Source: Bacteroidota bacterium (GTDB lineage Bacteria; Bacteroidota; Bacteroidia; Bacteroidales; UBA7960). Taken from it: 64,000 nucleotides of DNA. The notes under the pieces were generated by a model that ran no database searches, was not told where the DNA came from, and saw only the letters and a list, made by a program, of their open reading frames with translations. This document shows positions 1 through 11,068 of this stretch, piece after piece. The position numbers and the translations under genes are program-made. The stretch is taken from assembly GCA_018335675.1 (NCBI GenBank), contig JAGXRQ010000019.1:7006-71005 (forward strand), written 5' to 3'. Positions within the stretch are counted from its first letter, which is position 1, and each line of letters starts with the position of its first letter.

Positions 1-13
1 ATGAAATTCAAAC

Positions 14-39
14 AGAGACGCGAGGCATCGCGTCTCTAC
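14..39 (-). repeat. GTAG-type REP-like palindrome overlapping the stop codon of the TPR/phosphatase gene
   Basis: Minus strand reads GTAGAGACGCGA-TGCC-TCGCGTCTCT, a perfect 10-bp stem starting at GTAG. The TAG of GTAG is the gene's stop codon. Confidence 0.7.
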
Positions 40-2501
40 AATTTTACACCCATTATTGTTACATCATCTATTTGTTCGTTATACCCTTTCCAATCTTCAA
101 AAGCTTGTTCTAATAATCCTTTTTGATTCGTCATTGGTTTGTCGGATATTTCGATAAGCAATTCTTTAAATCTTTTAGCGGTAAAACGTTTTTGGTGCTC
201 TCCACCGAACTGATCTTGAAAACCATCAGTAGCCAGATATATGCTATCTCCTTTGTTTAATGCAATTTGTTGATTTGCAAATGGCTCCATCTTTCTGTAA
301 ATAGCAATAGGTTGTTTGTCCGGCTGCAGAGTTGTGAAATCTTTATTTGCTGTAACAATAAAAACCGGATTCTTGGCTCCGGAAAACAGAAGTTGGTTAT
401 TTGATCTGTCAAGTATGCAAAGCGACATATTTATGCCTTCGTTTTGATCTCCAAAACTTCCTTTTTGTTGCAAAGCTTCAATTATCGAATCCCTTAAATT
501 ATCTAGTATTTCACTTGGCTTTGTAATGCCTTTTTTCCCAATAATTTCTTTTAAGAATGAAATCCCAAGCATACTCATGAATGCACCTGGTACACCATGT
601 CCCGTGCAATCAGCAACTGCAAAAACCGTAAGCCCTTTAACATGACTCACCCAGAAAAAGTCACCTGAAACAATTTCTTTGGGTTTGAAAAGTATAAAAT
701 GTTCTCCCAATAATTTGTCTGAATCTTCATTTGAAGGCAATACAGCAGTTTGTATTACCCTTGCGTAGTTAATGCTATTTGTGATTTTCTCTTTTTGCTG
801 TTCCAGTAACCTTTTGTGCGATATTACCATATCACGCTGTGCGGTAATTTCATCTTTTTGAGCCTTAATCTCTTCATTGGCTTGTTCTAGTAAAACGTTT
901 TTTAGTTTTGTGGTTTGATTGCTACGCCTTTTCTGTCTATATGCAAATAATATGACTGTTAAAAGAATAAATAGCAGAAAAACTACTGTGTATAAAAATA
1001 ACTTTTGGGTTTGTTGTCTTTTGCTTTCAACTTCCTGTCTTTCAATGATAAGTTTTTGGTTTGCTATCTCCTGTTGATGTTTTTCAGTTTCATACTTAGT
1101 TTGTATCTCTGCAATTACCTTGGTTTTTTCTTCACTGAAAAGGCTATCGTTGATTTGAATATATAATAGGGAATAATTATATGCTTTGTTATAATTTCCC
1201 AAACCATTGTAGGCTAAATGCAAGTTTTGGTATTGCATTTTTTTAAGAGCCAGTGCATTCATTTCTTTTGCAATGTCTAAAGCTTGATATGCGTATTCAA
1301 TAGCTTTCTTATGATAATAGATTTTACTTTTTGTGTCTTTTGAGGTATTTGCAATTTCGTTAGATATAGCAGATAAGTTGCCAAGTGTATGAACTATCCC
1401 ATTTTTATCACCAATTTCTTCTTTTATCTTCAATGATTTTAAGTGAAATTCCACCGCTAAGTCAAAGTTTTTTTGCTCCTGATGGAGAAGCCCCATGCTA
1501 TTATAGCTTATGCTTAATCCATACTTATCCCCAATTTCTTCTCTTATTTTTATTGTTTTCTGAAAATATTCATAGGCTAATTCAAATTTACCCTGAAGCC
1601 TGGCTACATTCCCAATGTTTGTATAACTCATTGCAAGCCCTCTTTTATCTCCGAGTTCCTCGCTAATTTCCATTGATTTTATATAATAGTCGTAAGCTAA
1701 ATCATATGAAAACTGTTCCTGATGAATGCCTCCTATATTGTTATAACTTAATGCCATTCCTCTTTTGTCTCCGAGTTCTTCCTTGATTGTTAATGACTTG
1801 GTATGGTATTCTATGGCCTCCGGAAATGATCCCTGCAATCTATAAATAATCCCAAGGTTGTTATAGCTCATTGCAATACCACTTTTATCGTCCAACTCTT
1901 GATTTATTTCAAGATTTTTTTTGTAATTCTCAATAGCTAAATCATATAAGCCCTGCAAACGATAAACAATACCCATATTGTTATAGCAAGATCCTATCCT
2001 TTTTTTATCATCTAACTTTATCCGAACCTCTAACGATTTATTAAAATAATCTAATGCTTGTTGGTAATTACCTGTTGCCTGATGCACATTTCCTATGCTG
2101 TTATAACAATCAGACAATTCTGGGTCATAGTTTAGTGATTGATATAATTCCATTGCTTTAAGCAGAGATTCTTCAGATTCTTTATATTTTGCCTGGAAAT
2201 AATAGACTATGCCCATGCAGTAAAGAGTTCTGGCTTTTTTGTTGGTGTAGAAATCTTTGTGAGCTTGTTTGTGCGACTTTTCAATAAGCTCTATCGATCT
2301 TTGAAGAAAAATAATTGCTGAGTCGGGTTTATTACGTGTATATGCAACACCTAATTCAATGTTGGTTTTAATTTCAGTAGTATCGTGACGGGCGTTTTTT
2401 AACTCTGTGAATAGAGAATCTATCTTGCTACTCTGTCCTAAACCGTTTGAAATGCTTAGCATTAACAATAAAATGACGATTATTATATGCCTTTGCATCA
2501 T
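36..2501 (-). CDS. Membrane-anchored TPR-repeat sensor with C-terminal SpoIIE/PP2C-type Ser/Thr phosphatase domain
   Basis: Signal peptide, many TPRs (SYNNIG.IY...G), a TM helix and a coiled coil, then PP2C motifs VSGDFF, ADCTGHG, TDGFQDQFGG and DDVT. Confidence 0.9.
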   Translation of the reverse strand: MMQRHIIIVILLLMLSISNGLGQSSKIDSLFTELKNARHDTTEIKTNIELGVAYTRNKPDSAIIFLQRSIELIEKSHKQAHKDFYTNKKARTLYCMGIVYYFQAKYKESEESLLKAMELYQSLNYDPELSDCYNSIGNVHQATGNYQQALDYFNKSLEVRIKLDDKKRIGSCYNNMGIVYRLQGLYDLAIENYKKNLEINQELDDKSGIAMSYNNLGIIYRLQGSFPEAIEYHTKSLTIKEELGDKRGMALSYNNIGGIHQEQFSYDLAYDYYIKSMEISEELGDKRGLAMSYTNIGNVARLQGKFELAYEYFQKTIKIREEIGDKYGLSISYNSMGLLHQEQKNFDLAVEFHLKSLKIKEEIGDKNGIVHTLGNLSAISNEIANTSKDTKSKIYYHKKAIEYAYQALDIAKEMNALALKKMQYQNLHLAYNGLGNYNKAYNYSLLYIQINDSLFSEEKTKVIAEIQTKYETEKHQQEIANQKLIIERQEVESKRQQTQKLFLYTVVFLLFILLTVILFAYRQKRRSNQTTKLKNVLLEQANEEIKAQKDEITAQRDMVISHKRLLEQQKEKITNSINYARVIQTAVLPSNEDSDKLLGEHFILFKPKEIVSGDFFWVSHVKGLTVFAVADCTGHGVPGAFMSMLGISFLKEIIGKKGITKPSEILDNLRDSIIEALQQKGSFGDQNEGINMSLCILDRSNNQLLFSGAKNPVFIVTANKDFTTLQPDKQPIAIYRKMEPFANQQIALNKGDSIYLATDGFQDQFGGEHQKRFTAKRFKELLIEISDKPMTNQKGLLEQAFEDWKGYNEQIDDVTIMGVKL

Positions 2502-2663
2502 TTAAGGGTTTATTAATAATACTGTGGAATATGCTTAACAAATATAAACAAAAAGGATTATCAAAATAACTTAATTAACTCTTAATCACGATACGAAAAA
2601 AATATTCATGCAATACATAGGAAAACATTACTAGTGCTATTACTTAGAAAATCACAAAAAGAT

Positions 2664-5495
2664 TTATATTTTTCCTTTAATAAATCTTCCTGTAATTGAT
2701 TTTTGATGCTTAACAATTTCCTCCGGAGTTCCTTCAAAAATAACCTCTCCGCCTTTTTCACCACCTTCCGGTCCAAGGTCAATTATCCAGTCTGCACATT
2801 TTATCACTTCAGGGTTATGTTCAATAATAATAACTGAATGTCCTCTTTCTATAAGGGCATTAAATGATGCCAGCAATTTATTGATATCGTGAAAATGTAA
2901 CCCAGTTGTCGGTTCATCGAAAATAAACAGTATTTTCCCATTAGACGAACCTTTTGTTAAGAATGAGGCCAACTTAATCCGCTGCGCTTCCCCACCTGAC
3001 AGTGTGCTTGAGCTTTGGCCTAATGTAACGTACCCAAGCCCTACGTCAAGCAAAGGTTGTAGTCGAGCAGCAATCCTCTTACATATGGCAGAACAATCTT
3101 TTGCGTCGTTGAAAAATGCTATTGCTTCCTCAACTGTCAGACAAAGAATATCCCATATCGTTTTATCATTGAATTTTACATCCAAAACTTCATCTTTAAA
3201 TCTCTTCCCCTTGCAAGTATCGCATACAAGTTTAATGTCAGCCATAAACTGCATTTCTATCGTAACTTCGCCTTCTCCGTCACAGTCAGGACATCTACCA
3301 CCTTCAACATTAAATGAAAAATATCCCGGTTTGTAATTTCTGCTTTTCGCAAGTGTCTGGTCTGCGTATAAGTTTCTAATGTCGTCGTAGGCTTTAATAT
3401 ATGTAACCGGATTTGATCTGGATGAGCGTCCTATTGGATTCTGATCAACAAATTCTACATCAGAAATAGTTTTTATATCACCGGCAAGATTGTCGTACTT
3501 TCCGCTTATCTCGCCATAATCACCATAAATCTTTTTTAAAGCAGGGTATAATATGTTTTTTATAAGAGTAGATTTTCCTGATCCGCTAACTCCGGTAATT
3601 ACGGTGAATATATTCAATGGAAACTTTACATTAATATTCTTTAGGTTATGTTGCCTGCATCCCTGAACTTCAATAAATTCTTTCCACTTTCTTCTCTTCT
3701 CAGGAGTGTCTATTTTTAGTTTACCACTAAGGTATTTGCCTGTAAGTCCTATTTCTCCGGATATCAAGTCATTTGTTTTACCTTGAAAAATAACTTCGCC
3801 TCCATGCCTTCCGGCTAATGGACCAATGTCAATTATTTGGTCAGCTTCACGAATTATCTCCTCGTCATGTTCAACGACAATAACAGTATTTCCAAGCTCT
3901 TTAAGCTTCTTCAGAACAGATATTAACCTTTGATTATCTCTTTGATGCAGTCCAATGCTCGGCTCATCAAGAATATACATAGAACCCACAAGACTGCTAC
4001 CTAATGAAGTAGCCAGATTTATTCTTTGAGATTCGCCTCCTGAAAGACTTGATGATAGTCGGTTTAGAGTAAGATATCCCAATCCAACATTGCATAAATA
4101 GTCAATTCTGTTTTTAATTTCTGTAAGAAGTCTTTTTGAGACCTCCATTTGATATTGATCTAAAACTAAATTATTGAAAAACTCCATTAGTTGTTCAATA
4201 GGCATAAGTACTAACTCGGAAATCGATTTTCCTGATATCTTAACGTAATTTGCATCTTTTCTTAATCGGGTTCCCATACAATCAGGGCAGGTTGTTTTGC
4301 CTCTGTATCTTGAAAGCATTACCCTGTATTGAATTTTATAAGTTCCCTCTTCGAGCATTGCAAAAAAACTGTCTAAGCCATGAAAATATTTATTTCCTTT
4401 CCATAAAAGTTTTCTTTGCTCATCTGATAACTGATAAAAGGGCTTATGAATCGGAAAGTCAAACTTATATGCATTCTTTAAAAGTCTATCCTTCCATTTA
4501 CTCATTTTCTCACCCTTCCAGCATACTATTGCATCTTCGTATATCGACAAGTTTTTGTTTGGTACAACAAGGTCTTCATCTATTCCAATAATACTTCCAA
4601 ATCCTTCACAAGTTTTGCATGCGCCATAAGGATTGTTGAATGTAAATAAGTTTACAGATGGCTCTTCAAATACAATTCCGTCAATCTCAAATTTGTTTGA
4701 AAAGTAATGACGGTTTACTTCAATCGCATTATCAGTATCAATAAAACACTCTCCATGACCTTCATAAAAAGCAGTTTGCACTGAATCTGCAATCCTGGTA
4801 TAAACATCTTCCTCTTCGTTATTTGTGTTTTTAACTCTGTCTATTAGGATAGCCGGTTTCTTCTTGATTGTTAGGGTTTTGATGGTCGGCAGTATTTCGT
4901 CTATCTTTTTTATCTCGTCGTTTAGCAACACCCTGCTAAAACCTTGCTGCATCAATACTTTTAATTGTTCTTCTATTCGCCTTCCGATATCTATATCCAA
5001 AGGTGCATATATGCTAACTTTTGTCTCTTCTTCCAACGTTTTACAAAAGTCAACAATGTCTGTAATGTTGTGTCTGTTTACCAGATTTCCAGATATTGGG
5101 CTGTATGTTTTGCCAATTCTTGCATATAGTAGCTTTAAATACTCATAAATTTCAGTTGATGTTCCAACAGTAGATCGGGGGTTTCTTGTATTTACCTTTT
5201 GTTCAATAGCTATAGCAGGCGAAATACCTTTTATATAATCAACTTCCGGTTTGTTCATCCTTCCGAGAAATTGCCTTGCATAAGAGCTCAGACTTTCTAC
5301 GTATCGCCTTTGTCCTTCTGAGTAAAGTGTATCGAAAGCAAGTGATGATTTTCCGGAGCCAGACAAGCCAGTAATAACAATAAGTTTATTCCGCTCTATT
5401 GCTACATCAATATTTTTAAGGTTGTGAACTCTGGCTCCTTTTATAAGAATGTATTTGTCAGCGCCAAGTTTTTCTATGTCGAATGTTTTCTGCAT
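2664..5495 (-). CDS. uvrA: Excinuclease ABC subunit A
   Basis: GARVHNLKN, two Walker A motifs ([18 protein letters not shown]), two LSGGE signatures and CxxC zinc fingers. Confidence 0.97.
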   Translation of the reverse strand: MQKTFDIEKLGADKYILIKGARVHNLKNIDVAIERNKLIVITGLSGSGKSSLAFDTLYSEGQRRYVESLSSYARQFLGRMNKPEVDYIKGISPAIAIEQKVNTRNPRSTVGTSTEIYEYLKLLYARIGKTYSPISGNLVNRHNITDIVDFCKTLEEETKVSIYAPLDIDIGRRIEEQLKVLMQQGFSRVLLNDEIKKIDEILPTIKTLTIKKKPAILIDRVKNTNNEEEDVYTRIADSVQTAFYEGHGECFIDTDNAIEVNRHYFSNKFEIDGIVFEEPSVNLFTFNNPYGACKTCEGFGSIIGIDEDLVVPNKNLSIYEDAIVCWKGEKMSKWKDRLLKNAYKFDFPIHKPFYQLSDEQRKLLWKGNKYFHGLDSFFAMLEEGTYKIQYRVMLSRYRGKTTCPDCMGTRLRKDANYVKISGKSISELVLMPIEQLMEFFNNLVLDQYQMEVSKRLLTEIKNRIDYLCNVGLGYLTLNRLSSSLSGGESQRINLATSLGSSLVGSMYILDEPSIGLHQRDNQRLISVLKKLKELGNTVIVVEHDEEIIREADQIIDIGPLAGRHGGEVIFQGKTNDLISGEIGLTGKYLSGKLKIDTPEKRRKWKEFIEVQGCRQHNLKNINVKFPLNIFTVITGVSGSGKSTLIKNILYPALKKIYGDYGEISGKYDNLAGDIKTISDVEFVDQNPIGRSSRSNPVTYIKAYDDIRNLYADQTLAKSRNYKPGYFSFNVEGGRCPDCDGEGEVTIEMQFMADIKLVCDTCKGKRFKDEVLDVKFNDKTIWDILCLTVEEAIAFFNDAKDCSAICKRIAARLQPLLDVGLGYVTLGQSSSTLSGGEAQRIKLASFLTKGSSNGKILFIFDEPTTGLHFHDINKLLASFNALIERGHSVIIIEHNPEVIKCADWIIDLGPEGGEKGGEVIFEGTPEEIVKHQKSITGRFIKGKI

Positions 5496-5514
5496 TATAA
5501 ATTTTCATTATATG

Positions 5515-5522
5515 CAAATTTA
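5515..5522 (-). promoter_or_regulatory. Bacteroidota -7 promoter element (TAAATTTG) for uvrA
   Basis: Matches TAnnTTTG about 20 nt upstream of the uvrA start. Confidence 0.55.
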
Positions 5523-5695
5523 TCAAAACATAGCTTTAATTTTAGCTTAATTATGAATTCTTTTCAAAGTAAATGTCAATATTTTTATTTTGGCTAAATT
5601 TTTGATAAACAATAAATTAAGAAAGAGTACAACTATAAATATTCATTTTTTTTTAGTCAAAATTAAGAAAGTGTTCAAATGTTAAAATATTTATT

Positions 5696-5703
5696 TATCT
5701 TTG
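5696..5703 (+). promoter_or_regulatory. Bacteroidota -7 promoter element (TATCTTTG) for the ECF sigma gene
   Basis: Matches TAnnTTTG about 120 nt upstream of the ATG. Confidence 0.55.
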
Positions 5704-5821
5704 GCTTAATGAAACCTGCCTAACAGGCACTTGCAAAGAAATAAATTACAAACTTAAAATGGAGGGCGAATTATAGAATAAAACTTTACTCTTGACCAAT
5801 TAAATATAGGAGGACATTATT

Positions 5822-6406
5822 ATGAATGCCCAGATTATCACTGATCAGGAGTTAGTTCGCCACTACATCGCAGGTGACCACTCAGCACTAGAAAATCTAA
5901 TAAAAAGACACCAGAGGAAAATTTTTTCCTATATCCTTATGATTGTAAAAGATAGGCCACTGGCTGAAGATCTTTTTCAGGATACCTTTATTAAAGTTAT
6001 TAATACTTTAAAAGCAGGTGCCTATAATGAGGAAGGAAAGTTTCTACCTTGGGTTATGAGAATTGCTCATAACCTTGTAATTGACTATTTTAGGAAGTCA
6101 AAACGTATGCAATACGTTGAAAATCAAGAAGATTATGATATTTTTGAAACATTGAATCTTTTTGAAGATAATGTTGAGGATAAAATTATTATCGAGCAAA
6201 TACACGAGGACGTGAAAAAGCTTATAAAGTATCTTCCTGAAGAACAAAAGCAGGTCTTGATAATGAGACATTATCTGGATCAAAGTTTTAAGGATATTGC
6301 TGAGCAAACAAACGTTAGCATTAACACTGCTCTGGGAAGAATGAGATATGCTCTGATAAATCTCAGGAAAATTGCTGAGGAGAAATCAGTTATTTTAACT
6401 AGGTAG
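5822..6406 (+). CDS. ECF-type sigma-70 family RNA polymerase sigma factor
   Basis: Region 2 (AEDLFQDTFIK, FLPWVMRIAHN) and region 4 HTH (LPEEQK...SFKDIAE...SINTALGRMRYA). Confidence 0.93.
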   Translation: MNAQIITDQELVRHYIAGDHSALENLIKRHQRKIFSYILMIVKDRPLAEDLFQDTFIKVINTLKAGAYNEEGKFLPWVMRIAHNLVIDYFRKSKRMQYVENQEDYDIFETLNLFEDNVEDKIIIEQIHEDVKKLIKYLPEEQKQVLIMRHYLDQSFKDIAEQTNVSINTALGRMRYALINLRKIAEEKSVILTR

Positions 6407-6433
6407 TCAGATATTGTTTATTACAATTTTAGT

Positions 6434-6466
6434 AGGGCTGTTTTTAGACAGCCTTATTTTTTTTTT
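6434..6466 (+). terminator. Intrinsic terminator after the sigma gene
   Basis: AGGGCTGT-TTTTAG-ACAGCCTT hairpin followed by a long T tract. Confidence 0.7.
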
Positions 6467-6486
6467 ATAATTTTGGATGAAACCTA

Positions 6487-7512
6487 TTGAAGCAAATGGA
6501 AAAACATTATAATTACTCCCTTAAAAAACTTAACACCTTTAATATTGATGTTAAAGCAAAAATATTTACTGAGGTAAATTCGACTGAAGACATTGAAGCT
6601 CTTATATCTGATGATACATTTTTGGTGAATGAAAGACTTGTATTGGGCGGAGGTAGCAATATCTTATTTACCAAGGATTTTGATGGGATAGTTGTGAAAA
6701 TTGCTAATAAAGGAATTACCGTTGTTGACGAAGACCAAGATTTTGTTTATGTGAAAGCGGAAGCTGGAGAAGTTTGGGATGATTTAGTTGATTATTGTGT
6801 AATGAACAATTGGGGTGGGTTAGAAAATCTTTCTCTTATACCCGGGCAAGTAGGGGCTAGTCCAATTCAAAATATTGGGGCTTATGGTGTTGAAATTAAG
6901 GATGTTTTTCATTCATTACTTGCTGTAAATATTTTTTCCGGAGAAAAAAGGGAATTCTTTCCGGATGATTGTCGATTTGGATATCGTGATAGTGTTTTTA
7001 AAAATTCCGAAAAGGGTAATTATATTATATTTTCGGTAGTTTTTAAATTAAAAAAACACAAGCATAATATCAATGTTGATTATGGCAATATTAAGGATGA
7101 ATGCGCAAAATTGAATATCACTAATCCTTCAATTCAGGATATTAGAAAAATTATATGCAGTATTAGAAATGCCAAGCTTCCTGAAGTTGGGGAAATTGGG
7201 AGTGCTGGTAGCTTTTTTAAAAATCCTGTTGTTGATTATGATAAGTTTGTTGAATTAAAGTCAAAGTTTCCTGAATTGGTGTCGTTTCCTGATAACGATA
7301 AAGTAAAATTAGCTGCAGGTTGGCTTATCGATAAAGCCGGCTGGAAAGGCTTTAGAGAGGGCGATTATGGCGTATTTCCTACTCAGGCATTGGTTCTTGT
7401 GAATTATGGGAATGCTAAAGGAATGGATGTTTTTTCTCTTGGGATGAAAATTATTGAGAAAGTAAGAGATATGTTTGGAATTGAATTGGAAACCGAAGTT
7501 AATGTTCTGTGA
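6487..7512 (+). CDS. murB: UDP-N-acetylenolpyruvoylglucosamine reductase
   Basis: LGGGSNILF, LENLSLIPG.VGASPIQNIGAYG, FGYRDSVFK, SAGSFFKNP and LETEV. Confidence 0.96.
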   Translation: MKQMEKHYNYSLKKLNTFNIDVKAKIFTEVNSTEDIEALISDDTFLVNERLVLGGGSNILFTKDFDGIVVKIANKGITVVDEDQDFVYVKAEAGEVWDDLVDYCVMNNWGGLENLSLIPGQVGASPIQNIGAYGVEIKDVFHSLLAVNIFSGEKREFFPDDCRFGYRDSVFKNSEKGNYIIFSVVFKLKKHKHNINVDYGNIKDECAKLNITNPSIQDIRKIICSIRNAKLPEVGEIGSAGSFFKNPVVDYDKFVELKSKFPELVSFPDNDKVKLAAGWLIDKAGWKGFREGDYGVFPTQALVLVNYGNAKGMDVFSLGMKIIEKVRDMFGIELETEVNVL

Positions 7513-7623
7513 GCATTATCAGACATAATCTATTCTCAATATTATCTAATTCTTAATAAAAAATTGACTTCGTAAAAAAATGTATTTACATTTGCTTTAA
7601 ATACTCGATTTATAAAATATGTT

Positions 7624-8205
7624 ATGAGAAAATTTGAAAAAATCGGTGGTGCAATTGTCTTTTTGTTGTTTTTGTTGAGGGTTTTTATTGGAACTGATTT
7701 TAATGTAGTTTTAAGACTTGGGTTATTATTCCTGTCATTGTTCTATTTGTGGTTTGGGTTTTTCCTTTTTAACCGGATAGGATTTTTAGATTTGTTGAAT
7801 AAAGAAGCTAGGAGTAAATTAAATGCTTTCACCATTACTGTTGGAATAATAATGGGTATAGTTTATTCTTTTTGCATACTTTCAATTATTTATGTTATCT
7901 ATTTTTATGCTTTAATGCAGTTTCTGATAGTTACGGCAGCAATCAGTATAATTGCGACAACATTGCTGATAGGAGTTTATAATACTCTTAATATGCCATT
8001 ACAAAAGTTTTACAATCAGTTTTATAAAAGATCTTTGATAATAGGATCAGTTATAATTGCATTATGGCATACACCTATAGACAAAAGACTGGATATTTTA
8101 TTCAAAAAACATCCAGACTTTATTGATGCTTATAAAGAACATAGAGAAAATCCTAGCGAACAAAACCTCGAAAAACTTAAAGAGGCAAGGAGTTTATTTA
8201 AATAA
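7624..8205 (+). CDS. Hypothetical integral membrane protein
   Basis: 193-aa ORF with about 5 hydrophobic helices. A TACATTTG -7 element lies upstream (7587-7594). Confidence 0.7.
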   Translation: MRKFEKIGGAIVFLLFLLRVFIGTDFNVVLRLGLLFLSLFYLWFGFFLFNRIGFLDLLNKEARSKLNAFTITVGIIMGIVYSFCILSIIYVIYFYALMQFLIVTAAISIIATTLLIGVYNTLNMPLQKFYNQFYKRSLIIGSVIIALWHTPIDKRLDILFKKHPDFIDAYKEHRENPSEQNLEKLKEARSLFK

Positions 8206-8210
8206 TTCTA

Positions 8211-9947
8211 TTAAATATTTAGCGATTTAATCACATTTTCGATTTTGGAATCTAGCTCTTTATCAACTTTTTCAAAGTCTGATTTATTGTTCAGTTTTCC
8301 AAATACTCCAAAATAAAATTTGATTTTTGGTTCAGTGCCGCTTGGACGCATCGTTATTTTAGTCCCATCTTCCAGGAATATCTGTATAACATTAGATTTT
8401 GGAAGATTGATTACTTTTTCAGTTCCTGATTTAATGTCTTTTTCAATAGATAATTTATAATCCTTAATCAAAACAACTTCTGAATTATTAATTGATGAAG
8501 GAGGATTATTTCTCACATCATTCATCATCTTTTGAATTTCCTCTAAACCTTCTTTGCCCTTCTTAGTGATGGAGATTAGTTTTTCTTTATAAAAACCGAA
8601 AAGAACATAGATTTCAACAAGCAATTCGAATAGTGACTTATTGTATTCTTTTGCCCAGGCAGCCGCTTCAGCAATAAAACAGCAAGATATAACTGCATCT
8701 TTGTCTCTTGTAAGGTCGCCAATTAAATATCCATAGCTCTCTTCACCTCCTCCAATGAATTGTTTATTCCCTTCGAGGTTCCGGATTATTTCAGCAATGT
8801 ATTTAAATCCAGTAAGCACATCATAGCACTCAACATTATATACATTAGCAATTTTGGTCAAAAGCTCTGTTGTTACAATAGTTTTAACAATAAACTCTTT
8901 GCCCTTAATTTTGTTTTTTTGCTTCCACTGTTCAAGTAAGTAGAAAATTAAAATGGATGCAGTTTGATTTCCATTTAATGGGATAAGCTCACCTTTAAGG
9001 TCTTTTACTGCAATCCCAACTCTGTCGCCATCAGGGTCTGTTGCCATTACAATCTCTGCATCAACAGATTTGGCTTTATCCATCGCCATTTTCAATGCAG
9101 CAGCTTCCTCAGGGTTAGGGTAATTAACAGTAGGGAAATTGCCATCTGTAATATCTTGCTCCGGAATATTTATGATATTATTGAAACCGAATTTTTTAAA
9201 AGCTAATGGAGCTATTTTGTATGTTGTTCCGTGTATAGGTGTAAATACAATTTTAAGATTTTTATGTTTTGCTATAATGTTTGGTGAAAGTGAAAGTGAT
9301 GATATTTCTTCAAGATAACTTTCAATTATTGAGTCAGGTATGGATATGATGTTTTTTTCAACTCTCTCAAACTTAATATCGTCGACACTTTTTATACTTC
9401 TTACTTCATCAATAACTTGTTTATCCTGGGGGGAAATTAATTGTCCGCCATCAGGTCCATATACTTTATAACCGTTGTATTCTTTTGGGTTGTGCGATGC
9501 TGTTATTACAATGCCTCCCTGGCAATTCAACTTTCTTACGGCATATGAAAGCAGGGGAGTAGGTTGCAATTCATTAAATAAATATGCTTCAATGTTATTG
9601 CCGGAAAGAACTTCTGCCGATATTTGAGCGAAATATTTGCTGTTGTTTCTGCAATCATATGCAATTGCTACTTTTATCTTTTTTTCACTTGGAAAGTTCT
9701 TAATCAGGAAATTTGCAAAACCTTGAGTTGCCATTCCTACAGTGTACTTATTCATTCTATTAGTGCCAACACCCATTATTCCTCTAAGACCTCCTGTCCC
9801 AAATTCAAGGTCGGTATAAAAAGATTCAATTAGCTCTTTATGATCTTTATTGAGAAGGTTAGAAACCTGAGCTTTTGTATCAGCATCATAATTGCCTTCT
9901 AACCATATATTGGCCTTTGCAATAATGGCAGGATCAATTTTTTCCAT
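8211..9947 (-). CDS. Phospho-sugar mutase (phosphoglucomutase/phosphomannomutase)
   Basis: LEFGTGGLRG, phosphoserine motif TASHNP, metal loop DPDGDR, GGEES and RPSGTEPK. Confidence 0.95.
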   Translation of the reverse strand: MEKIDPAIIAKANIWLEGNYDADTKAQVSNLLNKDHKELIESFYTDLEFGTGGLRGIMGVGTNRMNKYTVGMATQGFANFLIKNFPSEKKIKVAIAYDCRNNSKYFAQISAEVLSGNNIEAYLFNELQPTPLLSYAVRKLNCQGGIVITASHNPKEYNGYKVYGPDGGQLISPQDKQVIDEVRSIKSVDDIKFERVEKNIISIPDSIIESYLEEISSLSLSPNIIAKHKNLKIVFTPIHGTTYKIAPLAFKKFGFNNIINIPEQDITDGNFPTVNYPNPEEAAALKMAMDKAKSVDAEIVMATDPDGDRVGIAVKDLKGELIPLNGNQTASILIFYLLEQWKQKNKIKGKEFIVKTIVTTELLTKIANVYNVECYDVLTGFKYIAEIIRNLEGNKQFIGGGEESYGYLIGDLTRDKDAVISCCFIAEAAAWAKEYNKSLFELLVEIYVLFGFYKEKLISITKKGKEGLEEIQKMMNDVRNNPPSSINNSEVVLIKDYKLSIEKDIKSGTEKVINLPKSNVIQIFLEDGTKITMRPSGTEPKIKFYFGVFGKLNNKSDFEKVDKELDSKIENVIKSLNI

Positions 9948-9976
9948 AATGTAATAGTTAAGTAAAGAGAAATGAA

Positions 9977-10873
9977 TTATTTAGGTCTGGATCTTTCCAT
10001 AATTTTTTCTGCTTCTTTATTCCCAAGATTATATGATCTTGTGGAATATTCATAGGCAAAGTTTGGCTGCCTAAGATTTGTATATGCCATTGCAACATTC
10101 AAATAGAGCTTTCCCCATTCTTCATCACTCATTCTGAAATCATATTTTTGGATTAACTCTATAGCTTTCAGATAGTCATTCACTTCTCTACGATAATCCT
10201 TAACACTATTATATGCAACAGCTCTGCCCAAAAAGCCATCCCAATTTTGATCATCATATCTAATTGCAAGAGAATAATCGTCAATTGCGGAATAGAAACC
10301 AGCACTTTTTTGCGACTGCATTTTAACAAAAGCTCTGTTTATTAGAATTTTGGCAATCTCCTTTTCTACTTCTTTCCTCTCCTGCGAATTTCTGGGTGTT
10401 GTATCAATTGTTCTAATTGCAATATTAACTGCATTGGTATAGTCATTTAATAATGCTTGATAATTTCTGCTTTTCTTTCTTTCTATTTGTTCTTCGAGTG
10501 TTAATCGCACTGAACCCCTATATTTATATGCCTCAATATTTCTATCATTATATTCAATTGCTTCGTTAAGCAATGCAAGTGCTCCTTCAAAATTATTCTG
10601 TCTGATTTCTCTTTCAGCCTGTCTTGTAAGTTCTGTAGATCTAATTGTATTAATATTTTTCTCATCCTGTTTAACAGCAATTTTATTTAATGTTTCTCGT
10701 CCTCTGTCAAAAACTTCAATGGCTTCTTTTATCTTTCCCGCTTCCATTCTGGCAATTCCTTCAAGCATCAGTTTTTTTACAGTTAAAGTATCTTCTTGTG
10801 CTCTTAGGTTTTCCGATGAAAAAATAAAAGTGGAAATTATTGCAATAAAAAATAATCTGGTCATTTTCTTCAT
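9977..10873 (-). CDS. Exported TPR-repeat protein
   Basis: ATG at 10873 gives a signal peptide (MKKMTRLFFIAIISTFIFSSENLRAQ) followed by TPR-like helices. The ORF-track start at 10948 is probably too far upstream. Confidence 0.75.
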   Translation of the reverse strand: MKKMTRLFFIAIISTFIFSSENLRAQEDTLTVKKLMLEGIARMEAGKIKEAIEVFDRGRETLNKIAVKQDEKNINTIRSTELTRQAEREIRQNNFEGALALLNEAIEYNDRNIEAYKYRGSVRLTLEEQIERKKSRNYQALLNDYTNAVNIAIRTIDTTPRNSQERKEVEKEIAKILINRAFVKMQSQKSAGFYSAIDDYSLAIRYDDQNWDGFLGRAVAYNSVKDYRREVNDYLKAIELIQKYDFRMSDEEWGKLYLNVAMAYTNLRQPNFAYEYSTRSYNLGNKEAEKIMERSRPK

Positions 10874-11068
10874 ATTATATTTGTTTGTGTTGCCTATTTG
10901 TGTAAATACTTTTTGCCTTAAACGGATTATCCTAATTGTTTTAAACAAAATTTTCGAATTACAAAAATAATGAAATTTGGAAATTTTGTTGTTATATAAT
11001 TGTTATTTCAACTAAGAATTTTTGGATTATTCAAAAGAAATTATGAAACAATAACATTAACAACCCAC

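Noticed and set aside
410-460. EGINMSL in place of the usual DGMDI in the SpoIIE domain, suggesting a dead phosphatase
   Set aside because: The main metal-binding motifs (GD, DCTGHG, TDG, DD) are intact.
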